A program made the translations under genes and the position numbers. A DNA stretch of 64,000 nucleotides from an uncultured Rhizobiaceae bacterium. GTDB taxonomy: Bacteria > Pseudomonadota > Alphaproteobacteria > UBA7879 > VGCX01. The stretch covers positions 3,980 to 67,979 of the forward strand of contig CAYGKW010000001.1 in the NCBI GenBank assembly GCA_964350815.1, given 5' to 3'. Below are positions 23,405 through 36,199 of the stretch, piece after piece (positions within the stretch are counted from its first letter, which is position 1; every line of letters starts with the position of its first letter). Under the pieces are notes generated by a model. It was given only the letters and a program-made list of their open reading frames with translations, was not told the origin of the DNA and did not search any database.

Positions 23405-23980
23405 CTAAGAAGTTTTAGGCTTAGGATTCACCCAGCCAATGTTACTATCTTTACGTGTATAAACAGCATTAATATCGCCGCTTTTTTCATTTCTAAAAAG
23501 ATACACAGGGGCCCCTTCAAGATCCATACGCATAACAGCATTACTTACTGATAACGTCGGTATATTGGAAACTGATTCAGATACAATTGTGGGCTCTGCC
23601 TCTTCAGTAATTTCTTCCTCTGCCCAGGATGATCCCCCCAAAACATATTGATCTGCAAAATGTTCGATTGATTCATCATGCTTGCTGTGGTGGGCTTTTA
23701 ATTTTTTCTTATACCGACGTAAATTTTTTTCAATAATATGCACCGCTTTGTCTGTTGCAACATGGGCATCGTCGGCCGCTTCTTCTGCGCGTACAAAGAT
23801 ATTGCGCCCCACATGGACATCAATATTGACACAAAAATCATGCTTGTTTTTGCTGACAATAACTTGGGCATCAACAACATCCCCAAAATATTTACTGACT
23901 GCATTTCCAAGTTTTTCATTGATATGAGACTTAAGGGCATCCCCCAAATCAACATGCTTTCCTGAAATTTCTAAATTCAT
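23405..23980 (-). CDS. hpf: ribosome hibernation promoting factor (long HPF)
   Basis: MNLEISGKHVDLGDAL, LRRYKKKLK, C-terminal AVMRMDL...LFRN...NAVYTRKDSNIGW; start ATG 23980. Confidence 0.93.
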   Translation of the reverse strand: MNLEISGKHVDLGDALKSHINEKLGNAVSKYFGDVVDAQVIVSKNKHDFCVNIDVHVGRNIFVRAEEAADDAHVATDKAVHIIEKNLRRYKKKLKAHHSKHDESIEHFADQYVLGGSSWAEEEITEEAEPTIVSESVSNIPTLSVSNAVMRMDLEGAPVYLFRNEKSGDINAVYTRKDSNIGWVNPKPKTS

Positions 23981-24002
23981 TATATCCTCCTTCAATTTAT
24001 GT

Positions 24003-24752
24003 TTACACTTTAAAAGATTCGCCAAGATAAACGCGGCGTACATCTTTGTTGTTTATAATCTGTTGTGCTGTTCCTTCAGTCAGAATTTTACCATCATTCA
24101 AAATATAGGCCCGGTCAACAATGCTTAAAGTTTCCCTGACATTGTGATCTGTAATCAATACACCAATGTTACGATCCTTTAAATGGCGAATCAAATTACG
24201 AATATCATTCACAGCAATGGGGTCAATCCCTGCCAAGGGTTCATCTAAAAGGATAAATTGCGGGTTTGTTGCCAAGGCCCTGGCGATTTCAACACGTCGA
24301 CGTTCCCCCCCTGATAAAGACAAGGCAGAAGTGTGCCGCAAGTGACTTATGGAAAATTCTGCCAAAAGCTCTTCCAATCTTGCTTCACGTTTTCCAAGGG
24401 ACAGCTCGACTGCCTCTAGGGCAACTTTGATATTTTCTTCAACATTCAAGCCCCGGAATATTGATGCTTCTTGTGGTAAGTACCCAACCCCCAGACGTGC
24501 ACGCCTGTACATACTTAAAGAAGAAATGTCATGTCCTCCGTATGAAATGGATCCATAATCTGGCTTAATAAGACCACACATAATATAGAAGCATGTGGTT
24601 TTCCCAGCCCCATTCGGCCCCAGCAAACCAACAACTTCGCCTTGTTCAATTTTTACAGATACCCCACGTACAACAGGGCGCTTTTTAAATGATTTACCAA
24701 TGTTGTTGGTTTCCAGTGAAATTTTCTGGGTTGTTAAATTATTTACTGACAT
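24003..24752 (-). CDS. lptB: LPS export ABC transporter ATPase
   Basis: [35 protein letters not shown]. Confidence 0.96.
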   Translation of the reverse strand: MSVNNLTTQKISLETNNIGKSFKKRPVVRGVSVKIEQGEVVGLLGPNGAGKTTCFYIMCGLIKPDYGSISYGGHDISSLSMYRRARLGVGYLPQEASIFRGLNVEENIKVALEAVELSLGKREARLEELLAEFSISHLRHTSALSLSGGERRRVEIARALATNPQFILLDEPLAGIDPIAVNDIRNLIRHLKDRNIGVLITDHNVRETLSIVDRAYILNDGKILTEGTAQQIINNKDVRRVYLGESFKV

Positions 24753-25272
24753 CTTTACCTTTTGATAATAAAGCTTTTACACGTTGTTTTTTGACTTGTT
24801 TCTGCCCCGGCTTTGAACTGTAAATTTGGGTTGTTCCTTTATTACGATCCATAATGCCGTAAGCCCCTTTTACTTCGTTTTCACCATCTGAAATAACGAC
24901 ATTTCGTTCCAAAATTGTGATATCTTTGTCTAAATAATAATTTCCATATTCCCCAGTGGCCACTTTATCCGGAGAAATAACTTCAACATTACCGATGGCT
25001 TCGATTCTTTCAAGTTCATACTTTTCGCCATCTGGCTTTTTTGCCTTGGCCTCTTTGAAATATCCATGAATCTCATCTGCCTTCAAAGAATCTTCCCCTT
25101 GTGTCAGAACTGCATTTTCATAAGCTGATATTTTTAATTTATTTTGATCAAAAATCATTTTTTCATCAGAAAAAATATGTATAGGTTCTTTTTTCTGACT
25201 TATTTTTGCATGTGCCAATGCTGGCATCGCAGTGATAATTAAAATGGCTATAAACAGTTTCTTCATTTTCAT
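24739..25272 (-). CDS. lptA: LPS transport periplasmic protein LptA
   Basis: OstA-like beta-jellyroll ([19 protein letters not shown]), position between lptC and lptB; start ATG 25272 or 25266. Confidence 0.8.
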   Translation of the reverse strand: MKMKKLFIAILIITAMPALAHAKISQKKEPIHIFSDEKMIFDQNKLKISAYENAVLTQGEDSLKADEIHGYFKEAKAKKPDGEKYELERIEAIGNVEVISPDKVATGEYGNYYLDKDITILERNVVISDGENEVKGAYGIMDRNKGTTQIYSSKPGQKQVKKQRVKALLSKGKDVSK

Positions 25273-25274
25273 TC

Positions 25275-25892
25275 TCAATTCGGTGTAATGATAAGATGCG
25301 GCTTACCGTATAAAGTTATTATTTTCGTATCATAGTTTAACACAAATCTTTGTCCCGTAGCAGTCCCACGATCACTTTTTGCTTTAACTTTTTGTGGTCC
25401 AAAGATTGTATTTTTTCCAAAATCTATATGGGCAACTTCTGTCCATGCTTCATATCCTTTATCACTATGAACATATACGGCGCCATATAAATCTGTCTTT
25501 TTTTCATTTTCTGTATGAACGTACCCTTCATTTGATCTAACTTTAACCTTAGACTTATCGTTCAAAGTAATTTCCCCATTCACTGTTTCCAGACGGACAA
25601 GATTTTCTTTTTGTTGGGTCGCTGTGTTTGCCTTTATCAAATAGGGCTGATTTTTATCATCCACACCATAATATTTAGGCTTGATCACCGACTTTTTTTC
25701 AAAATCAATTTTATCGACTTTTATTTTACTTTTCACCATAAAGGCATCTTCATAAAGTTCAACTGCTTTAAAAATAGTTGGAATTAATATCAAAACAGCA
25801 GCAGCCCCAATTAAAAGAAAATACCGAAGTTTCTTGCGGCCTTTTCTTGATTTTTTTGCTTTGCTAACAAGTGTTTGGAAATCTTTTTTCAT
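25275..25892 (-). CDS. lptC: LPS export protein LptC
   Basis: N-terminal TM, PKYYGVDDKNQPYLIKA; synteny. Confidence 0.8.
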   Translation of the reverse strand: MKKDFQTLVSKAKKSRKGRKKLRYFLLIGAAAVLILIPTIFKAVELYEDAFMVKSKIKVDKIDFEKKSVIKPKYYGVDDKNQPYLIKANTATQQKENLVRLETVNGEITLNDKSKVKVRSNEGYVHTENEKKTDLYGAVYVHSDKGYEAWTEVAHIDFGKNTIFGPQKVKAKSDRGTATGQRFVLNYDTKIITLYGKPHLIITPN

Positions 25893-25895
25893 ATT

Positions 25896-26849
25896 CTAAA
25901 CGGCCCCAACCAACAAGCAGTCATGAATACTTAAAATTCCCATAACTTTTTCGGATTTATCAACAACAAATAATGTGGTTATTGTCCCCGACATCATACT
26001 GACTGCGGTTTCAACCAAGCTGTCTTTATCAATTGTTTTAGGGGTCTTTGACATAATGTCATCCACTTTTTTATTTAATAAATCTGATGACATTGATCTT
26101 CTTAAATCCCCATCTGTTATGATTCCTAAAAGTTTGTTTTCTGAATTAACAACACCAACACAACCAAATCTTTTTTTTGTCATTTCCAGCAATGCATCTG
26201 ACATTAATGTTTTTGATTGAACAACAGGAACCTGATCACCTGCATGCATTAGGTCTTTTATGTACATTAATTTGGCGCCCAGCTTTCCACCTGGGTGAAA
26301 AATCTTGAAATCACTTTTTGAAAACCCTTTTTTCTTAAGTAAGGTTACCGCCAACGCATCCCCAAACGCCAACATCATGGTGGACGACGTTGTGGGGGCC
26401 AAGCCATTGGGGCAAGCCTCTTCTTCTTTTTCCAAAACAATACTAAAATCAGCAGACTTGCTTAAAGTACTGTTTTTATTTTGTGTTACTGAAACCAAGG
26501 GGATATTAAAACGTCTTGTAAACGCCACAATATCTGATAGTTCACGGGTCTCTCCCGAATTAGACAAAGCCAACACAATATCTTTTTCAGCAATCATTCC
26601 CAAGTCACCATGACTGGCTTCGGCTGGATGAATAAATAGTGCAGGCGTTCCAGTTGATGATAGGGTTGCAGCAATTTTATTAGAAATATGGCCGCTTTTA
26701 CCCATACCTGTCACAACCACACGCCCTGAGCATTTTAAAACCGCATCAACAACCTGGGTAAAAGTTTCATCAAAGGCTTTCTTTAAACTTTGAAGACCTT
26801 TAATTTCAGTATCAATAACATTTTGGGCAATTTTAATATCTTCAGTCAT
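25896..26849 (-). CDS. kdsD: arabinose-5-phosphate isomerase (SIS plus two CBS domains)
   Basis: VTGMGKSGHI, HPAEASHGDLG, FHPGGKLG; start ATG 26849. Confidence 0.95.
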   Translation of the reverse strand: MTEDIKIAQNVIDTEIKGLQSLKKAFDETFTQVVDAVLKCSGRVVVTGMGKSGHISNKIAATLSSTGTPALFIHPAEASHGDLGMIAEKDIVLALSNSGETRELSDIVAFTRRFNIPLVSVTQNKNSTLSKSADFSIVLEKEEEACPNGLAPTTSSTMMLAFGDALAVTLLKKKGFSKSDFKIFHPGGKLGAKLMYIKDLMHAGDQVPVVQSKTLMSDALLEMTKKRFGCVGVVNSENKLLGIITDGDLRRSMSSDLLNKKVDDIMSKTPKTIDKDSLVETAVSMMSGTITTLFVVDKSEKVMGILSIHDCLLVGAV

Positions 26850-26850
26850 C

Positions 26851-27129
26851 TTAATATTCTTTGTCCTGGAACATACCAGCACGGTGGGCGTGCCCATCTC
26901 TTGTCATATGATCTTCATCAAAGGCTTGACGGGACCTTTTTTCTTGAATGCTTACTGTGTCCAAATCATTGGGATCTGCCACTGGGCCAAGCACTTGTTC
27001 ATCTTCTGAAAGGTTGTTCCATTTTTTTTCATAAAAAACGGGCTCTGCCAACTCATTTGTCTGTGTGTGTTTTTGCGCATCACACCCTGTGACACACACC
27101 AAAAGTGTAAAAAGTATATATTTTTTCAT
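26851..27129 (-). CDS. small lipoprotein
   Basis: MKKYILFTLLVCVTG-C lipobox; ends 1 nt before kdsD start. Confidence 0.7.
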   Translation of the reverse strand: MKKYILFTLLVCVTGCDAQKHTQTNELAEPVFYEKKWNNLSEDEQVLGPVADPNDLDTVSIQEKRSRQAFDEDHMTRDGHAHRAGMFQDKEY

Positions 27130-27213
27130 TTTTCTGCCTATTGACAATTTGTTATGTTCGATCTTATATGATGATTATAGTGTAAAACAACGTTAACTTT
27201 AATTAAAGTCATT

Positions 27214-28095
27214 ATGTCAAAAGTCACCAATATTTCCAGTTATAAATTTATAAGTATCACAAACCCCATTGCATTGCGTCCGCGCTTGCGCAACAAATGC
27301 ATTTCTTTGCAATTAAAAGGAACTATTTTAGTAAGCAAAGAAGGCATTAATGTGGTTCTGGCAGGTGCGCAGGAAAACATTGAGGGGTTTATAAAGTTTT
27401 TGAAAAATGATGATCGGTTTTCAGATATGACTTTTAAATACAGTTATTCTGACCACCAACCCTTTAATCGCATGCTTGTCCGCTTGAAAAAGGAAATCAT
27501 TGCATTCGGTGAAGATGACCTAGATCCAGTCAATAATCCTGCGCCTTTTGTTAAGCCAAAAGAACTTGAACAGTGGTTAGACGCGGGAAAAGAAATTGTA
27601 TTTCTAGACACCCGCAATGATTATGAAGTAAAACTTGGAACATTCAAAGATGCCTTAACCCCCCACATGGATTCATTTAAAGACTTTAAAAAAGTTGTTC
27701 ATGATTTAGATGAAAATCTTAAAGACAAAACAATTGTTACCTTTTGTACAGGCGGTGTACGATGCGAGAAAGCTGCGCCTTACATGATGAAAAAGGGATT
27801 TAAGGATGTTTATCAAATTGATGGCGGCATTTTAAAATATCTTGAAGAAACAGATGGCAAACATTGGGAGGGTGACTGCTTTGTATTTGACCACCGTGTT
27901 GCTGTAAGCCCGTCCCTAAAAGAAACAGAAAACGAATTATGCTATCGCTGTCGTCACCCATTGACACAAGAAGACTTAGAAAGCTCTGACTACATCGTTG
28001 ATGTTTCTTGCCCCCACTGCATTCACAAAGATAAAAAAATCAATCCCAGCAAGAATCCAAAATTTAAATGTATTAATCACATTTTTTATAATTAA
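27214..28095 (+). CDS. trhO: tRNA uridine(34) hydroxylase (rhodanese domain)
   Basis: LKGTILVSKEGIN, LDTRNDYE, FCTGGVRCEKA, CFVFDHRVAV. Confidence 0.9.
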   Translation: MSKVTNISSYKFISITNPIALRPRLRNKCISLQLKGTILVSKEGINVVLAGAQENIEGFIKFLKNDDRFSDMTFKYSYSDHQPFNRMLVRLKKEIIAFGEDDLDPVNNPAPFVKPKELEQWLDAGKEIVFLDTRNDYEVKLGTFKDALTPHMDSFKDFKKVVHDLDENLKDKTIVTFCTGGVRCEKAAPYMMKKGFKDVYQIDGGILKYLEETDGKHWEGDCFVFDHRVAVSPSLKETENELCYRCRHPLTQEDLESSDYIVDVSCPHCIHKDKKINPSKNPKFKCINHIFYN

Positions 28096-28192
28096 GACTA
28101 TTAAAATTAGAAAAAATTTTGTTTTTTTCAATTTTTTTGAAAAATATACCGCACAAAATATGCACATTAGGGCTTTGCTGTATTATTGGTTG

Positions 28193-28220
28193 TTGCAGAG
28201 GCTAAGTTAGTGAATATAAT
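28193..28220 (+). promoter_or_regulatory. putative sigma70 promoter
   Basis: TTGCAG (28193-28198), 16-nt spacer, perfect TATAAT (28215-28220). Confidence 0.55.
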
Positions 28221-28225
28221 TAAAA

Positions 28226-28385
28226 GGTAAGCAGAGAGGTATTCTGTACACAAATACCTCTCTTAGCTTACAAGGTGGGGCTTTTTTTTGCAGGGAGGCT
28301 TTTTCTTCAGGGATAAAGATAAAGACACAAAAAAACGCCCAAACTACTAAATAACTAGGCAGCCCTATAAGGGCTGTTTTTTTAT
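28226..28385 (+). ncRNA. candidate structured small RNA or leader
   Basis: Between predicted promoter and terminator; long hairpin 28227-28271; second stem 28278-28290 with 28328-28340; no ORF; family not recognised. Confidence 0.45.
28359..28385 (+). terminator. intrinsic terminator
   Basis: CAGCCCT-AT-AAGGGCTG followed by a T tract. Confidence 0.65.
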
Positions 28386-28619
28386 TTAGCCTACCTTGGA
28401 AGACTTTGTGCAGATCCCGCTAATCTCATCTCTTTAAATCTGCTAAGCTTCCATTGTTACCGTGTTTTGATTTACGGAACTGGTTGTCATAATCACAATT
28501 TAATCAAGCTGATGAGAAATGTCAATTGTTTTTTTTCAAAAATTTAACCTCTTTTTCAAAAAAATTATATATTGTTTAACCTTACTCTTTGCAATACTAT
28601 GTGTTATGAGGGTTTTTAA

Positions 28620-29570
28620 ATGGATATTAACAAACTAAATTTCAGTATTTTTGAAGCACGGCTTTTTTGCGCTATGTATAAACTGGGAAGCACAAACGAA
28701 GTTGCAAAAGATTTAGAAATCACCCCCTCTTTGGTCAGCATTGGAATTAACCGGCTTGAAAAAAAGCTAGAAACCGATAAGCTTTTTCGCAAACTCCCGA
28801 AAACTGGTAAATACGTCCCAACCCAAAGTGCGGAAGAAATTATTAACCCCATGCGCTACGTAATTCAATTTGCCGAACAAACGATTGCTAAAAAATCTAG
28901 AAGTCAAAAATCTGTAACAATTACATCAAACCATACAATTTTACACTACTACTTAGGACCATACGTAAAAGACGTTCTAGAAGAAAATCCTGATTATCAA
29001 ATCAATTTTCGACAATTAGATAAAGTGGACCCAAAAGATTTAGATATTAATGAAATTGGTTTAACATTCCAAATTGAGAACACTTCAAATAAAAAATTTC
29101 TCCCCTACCATTCTTTTAAACAGAAATTATGGGCCAGCCCCGAATACATCAAGAAAAACGGGTTTCCTGAAAATATTGAAGACTTAAAAAATCATATATT
29201 GTTGATGAGAAAACACCTAGACCAGCCAAAATATTTTTTTGGATCTAATTTTATTCGTTCCCAACTATCAGAAGATGAAAAGTTGAAATACTATAATATA
29301 TTAAGCACAAGCCTTATTGATGATTTATGCCAGTCTGGATGTGGAATTATGGCTGGGGCAGAAGAAACAGTTAAATTAGCAGGTTTTAACGTCAAAAATG
29401 TTTTTCCTGATTTTAAGGGAGACGAAGTTGATGTTTATATATGTATCGACAAAGAATTTCTAGACACAGATTTATGTAGAAAAGCAGTTAATTGGATATA
29501 TTGGTGTAGAGACAAGGCTTTTAAGAAGAAAGATATCAAACCAATATATCCATTTAAACCTCTAACTTAG
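28620..29570 (+). CDS. LysR family transcriptional regulator (divergent)
   Basis: N-terminal HTH (GSTNEVAKDLEITPSLVSIGINRLEKKL), LWASPEYIKKNGFP..IEDLKNH effector-domain motif. Confidence 0.85.
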   Translation: MDINKLNFSIFEARLFCAMYKLGSTNEVAKDLEITPSLVSIGINRLEKKLETDKLFRKLPKTGKYVPTQSAEEIINPMRYVIQFAEQTIAKKSRSQKSVTITSNHTILHYYLGPYVKDVLEENPDYQINFRQLDKVDPKDLDINEIGLTFQIENTSNKKFLPYHSFKQKLWASPEYIKKNGFPENIEDLKNHILLMRKHLDQPKYFFGSNFIRSQLSEDEKLKYYNILSTSLIDDLCQSGCGIMAGAEETVKLAGFNVKNVFPDFKGDEVDVYICIDKEFLDTDLCRKAVNWIYWCRDKAFKKKDIKPIYPFKPLT

Positions 29571-29574
29571 AGAA

Positions 29575-29652
29575 TTACGGGAAACAACTGGGCCCATCTA
29601 AAAGCGCCACGATGAATGCATACTTTGTTATTATGCTATATAGTTTGATCAT
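29575..29652 (-). CDS. 25-aa small ORF, copy 1 (MIKLYSIITKYAFIVALLDGPSCFP)
   Basis: GGAG 8 nt upstream of ATG; same frame and length in copy 2. Confidence 0.45.
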   Translation of the reverse strand: MIKLYSIITKYAFIVALLDGPSCFP

Positions 29653-29769
29653 TATTATATCTCCATTTTTTGTATTCTTACAATACTCTTTTTATTTTGG
29701 AAATCAATAATAAAATTTAGTTTTTTTCAATTGTCTGGCAAAAAAATTATCTTTCATAAACGAAAAATT

Positions 29770-30045
29770 AATATACTAGCACAAGCCATATTGATGATTT
29801 ATACCAGCCTGAATGCGAGATTATGGCTGGGGCTGAAGAAACAATTAAATTGGTAAGCTTTTAATTTCAAAAACGTCTTTCCTGATTTCAAGGAAGACGA
29901 AATTGATGTTTATATATGCATTAGTAAGGAATTTCTAGATAAATACCTGTGTAGAAAGATAGTTAAGTGGATCTATTGGCATAGAGATAAATCTTTTAAG
30001 AAAAAAGATATTAAACCAATATATCCACTTAAACCTCTAGATTAA
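29770..30045 (+). pseudogene. 3-prime remnant of a LysR paralog
   Basis: Reads ...NVFPDFKEDEIDVYICISKEFLDKYLCRKIVKWIYWHRDKSFKKKDIKPIYPLKPLD-stop; no start or HTH; 1-nt indels near 29776 and 29860. Confidence 0.85.
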
Positions 30046-30049
30046 AGAT

Positions 30050-30127
30050 TTACGGAAAGCAATCGCTCCCAGTTAAAAGTGTCACGATAAATGCATATTT
30101 TATTGCTATATTATATAGTTTAATCAT
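30050..30127 (-). CDS. 25-aa small ORF, copy 2 (MIKLYNIAIKYAFIVTLLTGSDCFP)
   Basis: GGAG 8 nt upstream of ATG; 18/25 aa identical to copy 1. Confidence 0.45.
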   Translation of the reverse strand: MIKLYNIAIKYAFIVTLLTGSDCFP

Positions 30128-30217
30128 TATTAAGTCTCCATTTTTATATTTCAACAATACTCTTTTTATTTTGGAAATCAATGATTAAATTTTAATTTCT
30201 TCCCATTTTTTTGCACC

Positions 30218-30991
30218 CTATTTTTGTGCCACAATTAAAAACCTTTCCGTTTTATAATTATTATAAGTTGAACCATCTACATTTTTTTTATTCACAACTT
30301 TAAAATTATTTTTTTCAAGGATTTTGATCAGCTGTTCTGCTGTGTATGTTTGCAAGGTTTGAATGTCTTGGCGAATTTGCGGCGCGCACCCTTTACTATC
30401 TTCAATCGCATGGGTATAAGATGCCAGCACCCCAGCCTTATTAATCGTGCTGTATTGAATATAACGAACGGTTTTGTTTTGTCTGTCTTCCTGCCAATCG
30501 ATTGTTAATTTCGTGATATTATTTTTATCCAGTAAATAATTTAAATTGAAAATATCAAAAATATAAATGCCACCGTCTTTTAAATTACTGTGGATATTTT
30601 GAACAGCCTTTTCAAAATCATCTTTTGTTAAGTGGCCTATGGCATTAAATATGGTCAGGACAGCATCGAACTCTCCAACTTTTGAATGACTCATATCCCC
30701 AATTCTAAAATCAAAATCCCTGTTTTCCTGTTCCGTCTTGGCCTTAGCAATTTTAAGCATTTCTGCACTGATATCCATCCCAACGACATCATAGCCATGA
30801 CTAGCCAACCAAAAAACCTGGGACCCCGTTCCACAACTTAGGTCAAGAACAGACTGTGCCCCTTGTTGTTTAAGAATGCTTTCAATCACTTGGTTACAGT
30901 TTTTAGACCTTTGTTCATTAAAAGCATCATAATCCTTAGCCGCTGTATCATAATGAAATGCATCTGCACTGTGATGTTCTGGCTGTTTCAT
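30218..30991 (-). CDS. class I SAM-dependent methyltransferase
   Basis: VLDLSCGTG, GMDISAEML, FRIGDM, FDAVLTIFNAIGHL; start ATG 30991. Confidence 0.9.
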   Translation of the reverse strand: MKQPEHHSADAFHYDTAAKDYDAFNEQRSKNCNQVIESILKQQGAQSVLDLSCGTGSQVFWLASHGYDVVGMDISAEMLKIAKAKTEQENRDFDFRIGDMSHSKVGEFDAVLTIFNAIGHLTKDDFEKAVQNIHSNLKDGGIYIFDIFNLNYLLDKNNITKLTIDWQEDRQNKTVRYIQYSTINKAGVLASYTHAIEDSKGCAPQIRQDIQTLQTYTAEQLIKILEKNNFKVVNKKNVDGSTYNNYKTERFLIVAQK

Positions 30992-31081
30992 CCAACCCCT
31001 ATACATATACTTATTAATATTTGTCTTTACAAATCAACTGCTAAAATAATATCATCATATAACGATAACAGAGAGGAAAAT

Positions 31082-31984
31082 ATGTTTAAAAAATTAAACT
31101 TAGCAATTTACACAACCCTATTATTGGGAAATTTTTCAACAAGTCATGCAGACCCGTGCATGTCTGACAACTCCTGCCAAAGCCTTGAAGCCCTTTATAT
31201 GTGTGCAAAAGAAACCGATTCAGATTTAGCAAAGTATTTAGCATCAGACGATGTTGGCTTTAAAAAGAATGAAGACGGTAGTTTTGATTATACTGTTGTT
31301 CAGAGGTTTTCTGACTATGCAACGTGGTATAAAGATTACGAAAAATACACTGTACTTCATGGTCAGTATGCCAAACTTTATGATTTTGAAAAATTAATCA
31401 AAACTGCAGAAGAACAAGGGGCACCTATTGATGAAAAAATAACAAATGAATTTAAAGCTATACAATACAGGTACTATAACAATTTGGTAAAATCTTACCC
31501 TGAAGATTTCTCATTTTCTGACTTAGATAAACTAGAGTCCCGAGCAAAGAGTTCAAAAAAACACCTTTTTGTTCCTTCACCCAAAGCACCTTTTTCAGGG
31601 GATTCAGGCCATAAAAAAATTAATCAAAAAGTTAATATAGTTAATAAAAGCTTTAGAACAGCGATTAGTAAATTCCTAAGAGAACAAAGCAATTGCTTAG
31701 AAAATTTCTGTCAAACAAACTGTAGCTTAGCAATAAACCCAAGTGCTGATATCATTCAAAGCTATAGAAGTGCTTTAAACTTACCCATGGATATGACTGA
31801 CTCTGAGGTTGTCAAGCAACACGTCACAACACATTCTGAAGCTTGCATAGACCCACACCCTGCGGTGGGAAGTCGAAAAATGTTATTATGCAGTATCTGT
31901 AAAGAAGGAGTGTTAGGTAAAAACGATTTCATGTTACCGAGCTGTGCTGGACTTTCTAGCAAAGAAATTTACAAGGATGAATAG
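31082..31984 (+). CDS. hypothetical secreted Cys-rich protein
   Basis: AGAGGA RBS then MFKKLNLAIYTTLLLGNFSTSHA signal peptide; the track's N-terminal extension overlaps the opposite-strand methyltransferase and is discarded. Confidence 0.75.
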   Translation: MFKKLNLAIYTTLLLGNFSTSHADPCMSDNSCQSLEALYMCAKETDSDLAKYLASDDVGFKKNEDGSFDYTVVQRFSDYATWYKDYEKYTVLHGQYAKLYDFEKLIKTAEEQGAPIDEKITNEFKAIQYRYYNNLVKSYPEDFSFSDLDKLESRAKSSKKHLFVPSPKAPFSGDSGHKKINQKVNIVNKSFRTAISKFLREQSNCLENFCQTNCSLAINPSADIIQSYRSALNLPMDMTDSEVVKQHVTTHSEACIDPHPAVGSRKMLLCSICKEGVLGKNDFMLPSCAGLSSKEIYKDE

Positions 31985-31995
31985 CTTATACAAAA

Positions 31996-36196
<4,201 letters not shown>

Positions 36197-36199
36197 CTA

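Larger units (their letters stand above)
29295..30192 (+). repeat. diverged direct duplication, about 425-bp unit at about 475-bp offset
   Basis: 29295-29718 aligns with 29770-30192 (e.g. ATTATGGCTGGGGC.GAAGAAAC; CAATACTCTTTTTATTTTGGAAATCAAT). Confidence 0.92.

Noticed and set aside
28226-28385. Candidate sRNA considered as 6S RNA because of its size
   Set aside because: The 5-prime end folds into a local hairpin instead of pairing with the 3-prime end to form a rod with a central bubble.
28443-28490. 15-codon minus-strand ORF MTTSSVNQNTVTMEA, divergent from LysR
   Set aside because: No RBS, no second copy, no downstream operon to attenuate; expected by chance.
30863-31081. N-terminal extension of the 373-aa ORF
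   Set aside because: Overlaps the opposite-strand methyltransferase; an RBS and signal peptide mark the real start at 31082.
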